DNA from: a bacterium
GTDB taxonomy: Bacteria; Bacillota; Clostridia; Oscillospirales; Acutalibacteraceae
Direction: 5' to 3'
Assembly (NCBI GenBank): GCA_963649715.1
Contig: CAVJIV010000003.1
Location: 75,817 to 139,816 of the forward strand
DNA length: 64,000 nt
Made by a program: the position numbers and the translations under genes. The notes beneath the pieces were generated by a model that saw nothing but the letters and a program-made list of their open reading frames with translations, made no database searches and was not told where the DNA came from. Below, piece after piece: positions 44,801 to 52,003 of this stretch (positions within the stretch are counted from its first letter, which is position 1; each line of letters starts with the position of its first letter).

Positions 44801-46209
44801 GCGATATTTTTGCGGAAATTCTTGAGCTTGACACCGTGTTTGCGGACGAGAATTTCTTTGACATCGGCGGCACATCGCTTACGGCAACCAGAATTGTAAT
44901 TTCTGCGTCGAAGAAAAACATCGAGCTTGCATATAACGAGGTCTTTGAGAATCCGACGCCGCAGGCTCTTGCAAGGTTCATCAGTAAGGACGATTCGGGC
45001 AAGAATGATATTGATGACATTGAAAATCTCTCGGATTACGACTACACAAACATCAACGAGCTTCTAAAGAAGAACAACATCGACTCGTTCAGAAACGGAG
45101 AGCGTCAGGAGCTTGGCAATGTTCTGCTGACAGGACCGGCAGGCTTCCTCGGAGTGCATATTCTCTATGAGCTGCTTCATAAATATAACGGCAAGGTTTA
45201 TTGCCTGATTCGAGACAAGAACAATAACCCTGCCGAAAGTCGATTGAATTCGATCTACTATTATTATTTTGAGGAGAGTCTCAAGGAAAAATATCCCGAC
45301 AGAGTTTTTGCTGCGGACGGCGATGTAACTAACCGTGCTTGCTTTGACGAGCTTCTTGATAAGGACATCAACACGGTTATCAACTGTGCCGCAAATGTTA
45401 AGCATTTCTCAAAGGGCACTGATATTGAGGATGTTAACCTGTACGGAACTCTCAATGTGCTCGATTTCTGCAAGGCGGCAAACGCACGGCTTGTCCATGT
45501 TTCAACGATGAGCATCGGAGGAATGTTTGTCGGCGAGAAAGGCCCTGTCGAAAGGCTCAGGGAGGATCAGCTTTATTTCGGTCAGTATGAAGGCTCAAAA
45601 TACACGCTGTCAAAGTTCCTTGCCGAAAGGGCGATACTTGAAGAGGCGTCGAACGGCTTCAATGCAAAGATAATGCGCGTCGGCACGCTTGCTGCACGAA
45701 ACAGCGACGGCGAATACCAGATAAACTTCACCACCAACACATTCATGGGCAGACTGAAATCCACACTGCTCATCGGCAAATATCCGTATGAGGCGATGGA
45801 AATGCCGTTTGAGCTTTCGCCGGTAGATTTTGTTGCAAAGGCGATACTTCTGCTTGCGCAAGCTCCGAAGGAGTGCACGGTGTTCCACCCGTTCAACAAC
45901 CATACCCTCATTATGGGCGATCTTTATACCGAGATGAACAAGATAGGGCTTCATTCGGAGGGTGCGGAGCACGACGAATATATGGCTGCGCTCGATAGGG
46001 CGGAGCAGGATCCCGAAAAGGCAAAGATTTTGTCAAGCATGATTGCGTATCAGAATATGGCGCACGGACAGAAAACATTCACCGTCGCCAAGAGCAACGC
46101 ATATACAATGCAGGTTCTCTACAGAATGGGATTCATGTGGCCGGTTACATCGTTCGACTATATGAAACGATTCATCAACGCTTTGAGAGGTCTTGGCTTC
46201 TTTGATTGA
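38866..46209 (+). CDS. Bimodular nonribosomal peptide synthetase, C-A-T-C-A-T-R (terminal thioester reductase)
   Basis: 2447 aa from the ATG at 38866. Approximate nt spans: C1 38910-40170 (HHIIFDGTS at ~39286); A1 40230-41680 (LIYTSGSTGTPKG, FDACLME, NIYGPTE, YHTGD, GRNDGQVKIRGFRIEL, NGKLDR); T1 41720-41920 (NAGMTSLSV); C2 41990-43250 (HHIIFDGAS); A2 43300-44745 (LIYTSGSTGKPKG, FDLSLKE, NTYGPTE, YRSGD, GRTDNQVKLRGLRIEL, NGKVNTK); T2 44790-44990 (IGGTSLTA); R 45115-46200 (LLTGPAGFLG Rossmann, YxxxK as YTLSK). Confidence 0.97.
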   Translation: MENLTEMLDACKEEKRELYPLTPSQMGIYLSCMHNPQGTMYNIACSFRFDKGEIDLDRLKMSVKKAVDNHPITKAFIDNSTGSPMMKLRSSIDIDIPVMQVDDLEKAAEDFVIPFDLENDVLVRFVVFECGDKDMFVMNLHHIIFDGTSVTVFCDDISLAYDGKELPPEKFTQLELAVFEEKLESTETYRESKEYYDNIFSAVEEKSEITEDFAEKPELEDKPAALFEVTTEGRFSVDAVRSFARELNITPYTVFLGAYEYAVAKFTNQNEATVCTVTHGRFDKRLANTVGMMVRTLPMHADIDEETSVCDFLKNVRKSITETVKNDYYPFMKLAADYDLSADIMMAYQGGNILNSIKLGDRSFKIGLLPFKSALAKINVMVFESGENFTLRFDYRSDLFREETIRSFADSFITIIEQFLEKEKLCEVELVSKQQLALLDSFNKTEVPYDESKTIVDLFEESCKKAPENIAVVYKEKKLTYAEVDESTDRIAGFVHSKGIGKEDVVAILIPRCEYMPIAALGVMKAGAAYQPLDPSYPTERLQFMVKDANAKLLIADEGLLELLPNYEGEILLTKDIPSLPKTIPMSERPSPEDLFILIYTSGSTGTPKGAMLEHRNLHAMCRTHIRNYDITADSICASYASYGFDACLMEMYCPLVVGAPLHIIDEDIRLDLVKLNRYFEDNGITQVFMTTQVARQFATEIENHSLKHLITGGERLVPLEPPKNFELVNIYGPTECIVYITSQRVDKLYDRVPIGKAVDNVKLYIIDKYNRRLPVGALGELCASGNQVSRGYLNRPEQTEKVYGKNPYCDEKGYERFYHTGDIVRFTDDGKVDYIGRNDGQVKIRGFRIELSEVDKIIRNYDGITNCAVVAKALEGGGQCINAYIVADREIDIQKLNEFILEHKPPYMVPAATMQIDAIPLNVNGKLDRRKLPEIKTEAAKKKNSAPRELTFLEKKISGIVEKVIGHNDFDVSENLINAGMTSLSVIKLAVELNKAFGFESQVKKMMKGCSILSIEDELQEFIFSGAMKTQAAEAKEKKERKAFYPLSKTQLGVYIDCMKNPYSTIYNIPSVITFSKSTDSQKLADCIARIIKAHPYIMTGLTLENDEIEQKYVDSAEPDISVKKLTEEQLEAYKKDFVKPHNLMKSPLFRISVVETEKAVYLLWDFHHIIFDGASVALFLEQLKTLYEGGEIEPEDYTYFDYVEDETKAENGESYKNAEKFFDDMMEDFESASEITADLRGHATDGRLASQAVPVDMARVEKFCSENGVTPAHLFLAGTFYAVSRFVNSRNVYISTISNGRSDIRLTNCFGMFVKTLALGIEVEDITSLDFVRKSKAVFTGAIENEIYPYTELCTKYGYAPNIMYEYQLGVVDEMKINGEAVLCDYLEMDTAKFKTAVHIEEHEGKPSVVVQYNDALYSGEIMKTLAKSVLCAVEHIIENPNGKIRKVSLLDDDALAQLDRFKSSEIVPVETKILHKMIEQQVAKTPERIALVACDGKLTYKELDRLANITANSLIERGIKKGGKVLLLLSRTSRFFTSLLGVLKAGGAFIPSCPEYPKERIESIIEDSNADFVITEGELLDRYERTVDAAELLSGTNDSNPGVEVQPEDLAYLIYTSGSTGKPKGVMLRHIGIANYLAYSKANIQGKTVIESCHTYGSVTTISFDLSLKETLLSFCHGLTLAFASDDQTLNPVALAKFFKENNVDAFNSTPSRLLQYMELEEFTQAMANCKAILSGGEKYPDKLLKILREKTNATIINTYGPTEITVSSNAKDLTNADAITVGRPLRNYTEYIVDADDNLLPVGVVGELLIQGCGVALGYMNLPEQTAKAFVEFKGERTYRSGDYAKWTADGEVVILGRTDNQVKLRGLRIELGEIEKCLTALDGIKTGIALIRKVGKTDAICVYYTAERQLDPEDIKAQLKKTLTDYMVPSAYVQLDAMPLTPNGKVNTKALPEPKLDKAGSGQLPKNELEKTFCDIFAEILELDTVFADENFFDIGGTSLTATRIVISASKKNIELAYNEVFENPTPQALARFISKDDSGKNDIDDIENLSDYDYTNINELLKKNNIDSFRNGERQELGNVLLTGPAGFLGVHILYELLHKYNGKVYCLIRDKNNNPAESRLNSIYYYYFEESLKEKYPDRVFAADGDVTNRACFDELLDKDINTVINCAANVKHFSKGTDIEDVNLYGTLNVLDFCKAANARLVHVSTMSIGGMFVGEKGPVERLREDQLYFGQYEGSKYTLSKFLAERAILEEASNGFNAKIMRVGTLAARNSDGEYQINFTTNTFMGRLKSTLLIGKYPYEAMEMPFELSPVDFVAKAILLLAQAPKECTVFHPFNNHTLIMGDLYTEMNKIGLHSEGAEHDEYMAALDRAEQDPEKAKILSSMIAYQNMAHGQKTFTVAKSNAYTMQVLYRMGFMWPVTSFDYMKRFINALRGLGFFD

Positions 46210-46226
46210 TAGGCGATAAAAAAAGA

Positions 46227-46269
46227 AACCCGGAGCTGTTGCAAAAATGCAGCAGCTCCGGGTTGTTTT
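46227..46269. terminator. Bidirectional intrinsic terminator after the NRPS
   Basis: AACCCGGAGCTGttgcaaaaatgcaGCAGCTCCGGGTT followed by GTTTT and preceded by an A-run. The next gene is convergent. Confidence 0.85.
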
Positions 46270-46345
46270 CGGGTTGCAAGTTAGCTAACATCGCAAAAAA
46301 CTTTATCCGCTTTGTGCGGTGTTGCTTTAATATTATTCCTCAACA

Positions 46346-46891
46346 TTATTCTTCAACGAAATCTGCTTCCGTGATTATTTTTGAGTAAAGGTCAAGAGCC
46401 TTGTTGAAAATTTCTGCGCCGAGAGCAATGTATTCGTCGTTTGTTGTTCCGCATCTGAGGGCGAATTGTTCGCCGAGATTTTTTGCGGTTTCTCCGCTCT
46501 TTTTAAGAGCAAGGAGGTAAAAGGTGAATGCGCTGCCGTCGGAAATATTGTCGTAATAGCCGGCTTCCTCGGCTTTGAGATAGTTATACATCGAGGCGCT
46601 CGCAGCGTCGCCGAGCGTTGCGGATGAAATATATTTGCGCACGGCATATTCCGCAGTAAAGGTCAGCAAAACACGCACGCAGTAAAGCTCCGAAGCGGGC
46701 ATATTGTCGATATCCAGTCCGAGCTTTTTGCAATCGGGACGGATTTTTGCAAGTCTGATGCCGAGAGCCTTCGCCTTGTCGCTGTTTCCGTTTCTTTTGT
46801 TGCGGTCAATATCTTCGGAAAGCTTTTGAATATCGTTCGATTCCGATCTTCCGCTGCCTTCATAAATTTTAATATCTCTGTCCTCTGCCAT
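46346..46891 (-). CDS. Hypothetical soluble protein (181 aa, helical, no family recognised)
   Basis: Clean ORF, convergent with the NRPS and 17 nt downstream of the PHP gene. Confidence 0.6.
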   Translation of the reverse strand: MAEDRDIKIYEGSGRSESNDIQKLSEDIDRNKRNGNSDKAKALGIRLAKIRPDCKKLGLDIDNMPASELYCVRVLLTFTAEYAVRKYISSATLGDAASASMYNYLKAEEAGYYDNISDGSAFTFYLLALKKSGETAKNLGEQFALRCGTTNDEYIALGAEIFNKALDLYSKIITEADFVEE

Positions 46892-46908
46892 TTTTCCCCG
46901 TCTCCGAA

Positions 46909-47766
46909 TTATTCCGCTTTTGCCCTTTGGCGGCGGATTTTTGCTTTGTAGTTGGAAAATTCCGTGTATCTGTCCTCCGGCGTAACAACCGTTCCGAGGG
47001 TTACGCAGGCTCTGTTGTGTCTGCCGCGGAAATTGGAACCGCCGATTGCGAGCAGACCTTTTTTCTTCGCAAGCTCGGCGAATTTTCCCGATGTTTCGTC
47101 ATCGTGTTCCGGACACCATGCTTCAAAGCCGTCAATGCCCGATTCTATCGCTTTTTCAACGATATTTGTGCCCTCGTAATCTCCCGGGTGGGAAAGAATT
47201 GCAATTCCGCCGGCGTCGTGTATCGCCTGAATTACCTCAGCTATTTCGGAAAACTTCGGCTTAATGAGAATGCTTTTCTCTCCGCCCTCGGCGAAAAGCT
47301 CGTTATAAAGATCGCCGAAAAGCTCCGTTGTAACGCCGCTTTCAACAAGCGCAGCCATTATATGAACAGGGTAAACATTCGTTGAACCCTGAGCGCATTT
47401 GAGAACAAGATCGGTTGTTATCGGGAAACGCTGAGCCGCCTTGATCATCATAAACTGAGCGGCTCTTTTCCTCGCAACAAGGTTGCGGTGACAAAGACCC
47501 TCAAGACGGTCGGGCGAATCGCTCATGTAGCCGAGAATATGAACCTCACGGCTGTTTTCACTGTCGTAAGCGGAAATTTCAACGCCCTGAATAACCTTAA
47601 TACCGTGACGCTCGCCGATAAGACGGGCTCTTACCGTGCCTGCAAGGCAATCGAGATCGGTTACGGCAAGGTTGGTAACGCCGCATTTTTCTGCCAAAAC
47701 AATAATGTCATCTATGCCCATCGAACCGTCCGAAAGCTTAGTATGACAGTGTAAATCACAGATCAT
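46909..47766 (-). CDS. PHP-domain metal-dependent phosphoesterase
   Basis: MICDLHCHTKLSDGS...VTDLD...HILGY...LSHP. ATG at 47766 after GGGAGG. Confidence 0.85.
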   Translation of the reverse strand: MICDLHCHTKLSDGSMGIDDIIVLAEKCGVTNLAVTDLDCLAGTVRARLIGERHGIKVIQGVEISAYDSENSREVHILGYMSDSPDRLEGLCHRNLVARKRAAQFMMIKAAQRFPITTDLVLKCAQGSTNVYPVHIMAALVESGVTTELFGDLYNELFAEGGEKSILIKPKFSEIAEVIQAIHDAGGIAILSHPGDYEGTNIVEKAIESGIDGFEAWCPEHDDETSGKFAELAKKKGLLAIGGSNFRGRHNRACVTLGTVVTPEDRYTEFSNYKAKIRRQRAKAE

Positions 47767-47888
47767 TTTTTTAAATCCTCCCATTTCAACAAAACCACAA
47801 TACTATTCTGATTATATTATAATACAAGTGGCTTGAAAATGCAAGAATTTTATTTTTCTGTCTAAAAGCGAAAAATGCTTAGAGAAAA

Positions 47889-48815
47889 TCAAGAAAAGCT
47901 GCTTTCAATGACCTTTGAGCACGCCGCCGGCGAATAAACCCAGCGGTCAATGTGGTCAAGCTCGGTGAAATATTTTATCGGCGGCGCAGGATACTCCGCT
48001 TCAAACGCATCGACTATTATAAGCTTGATCTTCATGCGTTCGGGAAGCATACTTTTTATATAAACCCCGGCGTGGCTGCCTGCCGTAATGCCGGAGGAAT
48101 ATTCGGCAAGCCCGGCAAGATTCGGGGTAAGCTCAACGAAAATTCCGTAGCTTTCGACGGAACGAACGATCCCCGGAACGGTTTCGCCCGGCGCAAATTC
48201 ATCGGCATTCTGCTCCCATGTGCCGAGCAGCTCCTTGTGGGAAAAGGTCAGCCGACCCTGCTCATCGACGGATTTGACAATGACCCGTATCGTCTGTCCG
48301 ACGGAAAAACGAACCGACGGATGCGGAATCCTTGAAACGGAAATGCTGTCGATAGGCAAAAGCCCGTTGATCCCCGCTCCGATGTCAAGAAAAACGCCGA
48401 AGCTTTCCATGTGAGTCACTTTGGCGGTGATAACATCGCCGAGGCGAAGCTTTGAAATATAGCTGTCCATGCATTCCCTTTGAACCGCTTTGCGACTGAG
48501 AATCGCATATTCACGGTTGCTGTCGTCCTTTTGAAACCCGATGATTTTGAACATGACCGGCTTGTTGACCCTTGAAATCAGCGCAATGTCCCTGACCGAG
48601 CCGCTGTCGATGCCGAGTGCGCCCTCGTTGTGCGGAATTATTCCGTACATACATCCGAGATCGACACGCAGGTTATGCTCCTTGTCGCAGAGCAAGGCTC
48701 TCGCCTCCAGCGTTTCTCCGGCAATGCACGCCTCATGAAGAGTGCTTGGCGAGGAAAGAGCCGCACGGTTGGTTTGAGTGAGAATTGTTTGACCCTCCGG
48801 TTTGAAATTTAGCAT
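47889..48815 (-). CDS. S1 RNA-binding domain protein (two S1 folds)
   Basis: GDVITAKVTHMESFGVFLDIGAGINGLLP and GETVPGIVRSVESYGIFVELTPNLAGLA. ATG at 48815 after AAAGGTGG. Confidence 0.8.
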   Translation of the reverse strand: MLNFKPEGQTILTQTNRAALSSPSTLHEACIAGETLEARALLCDKEHNLRVDLGCMYGIIPHNEGALGIDSGSVRDIALISRVNKPVMFKIIGFQKDDSNREYAILSRKAVQRECMDSYISKLRLGDVITAKVTHMESFGVFLDIGAGINGLLPIDSISVSRIPHPSVRFSVGQTIRVIVKSVDEQGRLTFSHKELLGTWEQNADEFAPGETVPGIVRSVESYGIFVELTPNLAGLAEYSSGITAGSHAGVYIKSMLPERMKIKLIIVDAFEAEYPAPPIKYFTELDHIDRWVYSPAACSKVIESSFS

Positions 48816-49027
48816 AAGTTTTACCACCTTTGTTTTATTAGGATCATGCCGAAGCGGCAGCTCCTTTTTATGTAACCGCCGAGTAAGGCATTGTCGCTCA
48901 AGGCTCTGCGGTTACTTATTTACTAATTTATATGATTTGCATTGCCGATAATGACAAATAGTTCTATACTTTTGATACGGAATGTGTTATAATACAATGG
49001 AATAGGATTATAACAAGGAGCGATAAC

Positions 49028-49216
49028 ATGGATGTTCGTGTAGGCGACAAGCTCGTTATGAAAAAAAACCATCCCTGCGGCTGCAATACCTTTGATGTTT
49101 TGCGTTCGGGCATGGATTTTAAAATCAAATGCGAAAAGTGCGGCCATGAGGTCATGGTTCCCCGCTCCAAGGCGGAGAAAAATATTCGCAGGATAATCCG
49201 TCCTGAGGAGGATTAG
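49028..49216 (+). CDS. DUF951 family small zinc-ribbon-like protein
   Basis: MDVRVGDKLVMKKNHPCGCNTFDVLRSGMDFKIKCEKCGHEVMVPRSK, the typical DUF951 sequence. Confidence 0.85.
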   Translation: MDVRVGDKLVMKKNHPCGCNTFDVLRSGMDFKIKCEKCGHEVMVPRSKAEKNIRRIIRPEED

Positions 49217-49252
49217 CGTTCTTCCGAAAATTTTTATCAGGAGGAACGAATT

Positions 49253-50320
49253 ATGGTAGAAAAACTGAGATCGGTTGAAGAAAAATTTGAAAATATTAAT
49301 GCTCAACTCTGCGATCCCGATATCGTTTCGGATATCGAGAGGTACAAAACCCTCATGCAGGAGGCGAAGCACCTGACTCCGGTTGTCGAAAAATACCGTG
49401 AGTATAAAAAGGCGAATGCCGACTTTGAGGAGGCACAGGCCTTGCTCGACGAGGGCGGACTGGATAAGGAATTTCGAGAGATGGTTCAGGAGCAATTTGA
49501 ACAGTCGAGAGCCGAGACGGAAAAAATCAAGGAAGAATTGAAAATTCTGCTGTTGCCGAGAGATCCGAATGACGACAAAAATGTTATTATCGAGATCAGG
49601 GGAGGAGCAGGCGGAGAGGAGTCCGCTCTTTTTGCAAATTCGCTTTTCAGAATGTATTCGATGTATGCCGAAGCCAAGGGCTGGAAAACGGAAATTCTCA
49701 ACGCCAACCCGACCGAGCTTGGCGGCTTCAAGGAAATAAGCTTCATGATATCCGGTGACGGCGCATATTCCCGCTTTAAGTTTGAGAGCGGAGTTCACCG
49801 TGTTCAGCGTGTCCCCGAAACGGAGTCGCAGGGCAGAATCCACACCTCAACCGTTACGGTTGCCGTTCTGCCCGAGGCGGAGGAGGTTGACCTGCAAATC
49901 AACCCGACCGACCTCCAGATAGATACCTTCCGCTCCAGCGGAGCTGGCGGACAGCATATCAATAAAACGGAATCCGCAATAAGAATTACGCATATCCCGA
50001 CGGGCACGGTTGTTGAATGTCAGGACGAGCGAAGTCAATATAAAAACAAGGACAAGGCGATGAAGATTCTGCGTTCGAGAATCCTTGAGCAGGAGCGTTC
50101 AAAGCAGAACGAGGCCATTGCCGGCGAAAGAAAATCGCAGGTCGGCACGGGCGACAGAAGCGAGAGGATAAGAACCTACAATTTTCCGCAGGGTCGTGTC
50201 AGCGACCACAGAATCGGGCTGACCTTATATAAAATAGAGGCTATTATGAACGGTGACCTTGACGAGCTGATCGATGCTCTCATCACCGCAGACACAGCCG
50301 AAAAACTGAAAGCTGAGTAA
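49253..50320 (+). CDS. prfA: Peptide chain release factor 1
   Basis: PxT tripeptide region and the GGQ motif [23 protein letters not shown]; 355 aa. Confidence 0.97.
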   Translation: MVEKLRSVEEKFENINAQLCDPDIVSDIERYKTLMQEAKHLTPVVEKYREYKKANADFEEAQALLDEGGLDKEFREMVQEQFEQSRAETEKIKEELKILLLPRDPNDDKNVIIEIRGGAGGEESALFANSLFRMYSMYAEAKGWKTEILNANPTELGGFKEISFMISGDGAYSRFKFESGVHRVQRVPETESQGRIHTSTVTVAVLPEAEEVDLQINPTDLQIDTFRSSGAGGQHINKTESAIRITHIPTGTVVECQDERSQYKNKDKAMKILRSRILEQERSKQNEAIAGERKSQVGTGDRSERIRTYNFPQGRVSDHRIGLTLYKIEAIMNGDLDELIDALITADTAEKLKAE

Positions 50321-50325
50321 TAAAC

Positions 50326-51912
50326 ATGGATACAGAAATTTTAGACGGCGGCTCACCGCAGGATATTGAAAAAGCCGCAAAAATCCTTAAAAGCGGCGGA
50401 CTTGTCGCTATCCCGACCGAAACGGTCTACGGGCTTGCGGCGAATGCGCTGAATCCCAATGCCGTCGCAAAAATCTTCAAGGCAAAGGGAAGACCGATGG
50501 ATAATCCGCTGATAGTGCACATTTGCCGGTTTGAGGAAATATACAAGCTTGTCAAAGGCGTTCCGCATAAGGCAAAGGAGCTTGCCGATCGCTATTGGCC
50601 GGGACCGATGACAATAATCTTGCCGAAATCGGATATTATTCCCGACGAGGTGAGCGCAGGCTTGCAGACGGTTGCCGTTCGTATGCCGTCTCACCCGGTC
50701 GCAAGGGCGATAATAGAAAAAACGGGATATCCGCTTGCCGCCCCGTCAGCCAACTCTTCGGGGCTTCCCAGTCCCACGACGGCAAGGCATGTTATGGACG
50801 ATATGAAAGGAAAAATCGAGGCGATAGTTGACGGCGGCTCGTGCGATGTCGGTATCGAGTCAACAGTAGTGACGCTTGCGACCGATCCGCCGAGGCTTCT
50901 CAGACCGGGAGGAATAACCCATGAACAGCTTGAAGAGGTTCTGGGGCATGTCGATATCGATCCTGCCGTGCTTTCGCAGCTCAAGGAGGGCGTGCGCCCG
51001 GCTTCGCCCGGAATGAAATACAAGCATTATTCGCCGAAAGCCGAGGTATATATAGTAAACGGCAGCTTGCCGAGCTTTAAATATCAGATAGCTTCCGACC
51101 TGCGCGAGGGAGACGCAGCGCTTTGCTTTGAGGGGGAGGAGAACGAGCTTCCGCTCCCGTGCCTTTCCTTCGGCAGAAAGGATAATTCGCTTGAGCAGGC
51201 ACACAGCCTTTTTGACGACTTGCGCAAATTTGATGACATGGGCGCAACGCGTGTGTTTGTCCGTGCACCGTCCGCCGAGGGGATAGGGTTTGGAGTTTAC
51301 AACCGCCTTTTGCGTGCGGCTGCGTTTAAAATCATTGAACCGCCCGTTATTTACGGACTGACCGGTCAAAGCGGCGCAGGCAAAACAACGGTTGCCGACG
51401 AGCTGAAAAAGAAAGGCTATCTGATAGTTGACGGCGATATTCTTGCAAGGAGAGCTGTTGAAATCCCTGAGGTGCTCAATTCGCTTGCGTCGGAATTTGG
51501 AAAAGAAATTCTTGATTCGGATGGAAAGCTTATCCGTGCCGAGCTTGCCGGCAGAGCCTTTGCCAATGAGCATAAACGACGGCTGCTCAATAAAATCACC
51601 CACCCGATGATAACAAAGCTTGCTCTTGAAGAGATAAAAAACAATTTCACTGCGGAGTATAAGGGCGTTATCATTGATGCGGCGGCGATTTTTGACTGTG
51701 AGCTGGCAAAATATTGCACAAAAATGATAGTTGTGACCGCCGACACGGAGATCCGTGCCGAGCGCATAATGAAGCGTGACGGCATAGACCGTGAAAAGGC
51801 AATGCTCAGAATAAATGCGCAGAAAAATGAGCAATATTATATAGAAAGGGCAGATGTTGTTGTCCGCAACAACGGTGACGAAAGCCTGTCCGAGCAGCTG
51901 AATGAATTATAA
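50326..51912 (+). CDS. Fusion protein: L-threonylcarbamoyladenylate synthase (Sua5/TsaC, YrdC + Sua5 domains) joined to dephospho-CoA kinase (CoaE)
   Basis: N-terminal part: KSGGLVAIPTETVYGLAANA...SANSSG...SPGMKYKHYSP. C-terminal part from about residue 345: IYGLTGQSGAGKTTVADELKKKGYLIVDGD...KITHPMI. It is a single 528-aa ORF. Confidence 0.85.
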   Translation: MDTEILDGGSPQDIEKAAKILKSGGLVAIPTETVYGLAANALNPNAVAKIFKAKGRPMDNPLIVHICRFEEIYKLVKGVPHKAKELADRYWPGPMTIILPKSDIIPDEVSAGLQTVAVRMPSHPVARAIIEKTGYPLAAPSANSSGLPSPTTARHVMDDMKGKIEAIVDGGSCDVGIESTVVTLATDPPRLLRPGGITHEQLEEVLGHVDIDPAVLSQLKEGVRPASPGMKYKHYSPKAEVYIVNGSLPSFKYQIASDLREGDAALCFEGEENELPLPCLSFGRKDNSLEQAHSLFDDLRKFDDMGATRVFVRAPSAEGIGFGVYNRLLRAAAFKIIEPPVIYGLTGQSGAGKTTVADELKKKGYLIVDGDILARRAVEIPEVLNSLASEFGKEILDSDGKLIRAELAGRAFANEHKRRLLNKITHPMITKLALEEIKNNFTAEYKGVIIDAAAIFDCELAKYCTKMIVVTADTEIRAERIMKRDGIDREKAMLRINAQKNEQYYIERADVVVRNNGDESLSEQLNEL

Positions 51913-52003
51913 AACAATCGCCCTGCGCAAACTGTCGGTTCGAGCAAGGCGAAAAAGAATAAGTTTACCGCAAATCGGTCGAATTTTTAAGGAGGAAATC
52001 ATA

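Noticed and set aside
48923-49843. 306-aa minus-strand ORF, with a similar 324-aa ORF at 50860..51834
   Set aside because: Both are antisense to prfA/DUF951 and to the Sua5-CoaE gene respectively. The sense-strand products carry unmistakable motifs (GGQ, YrdC, P-loop).
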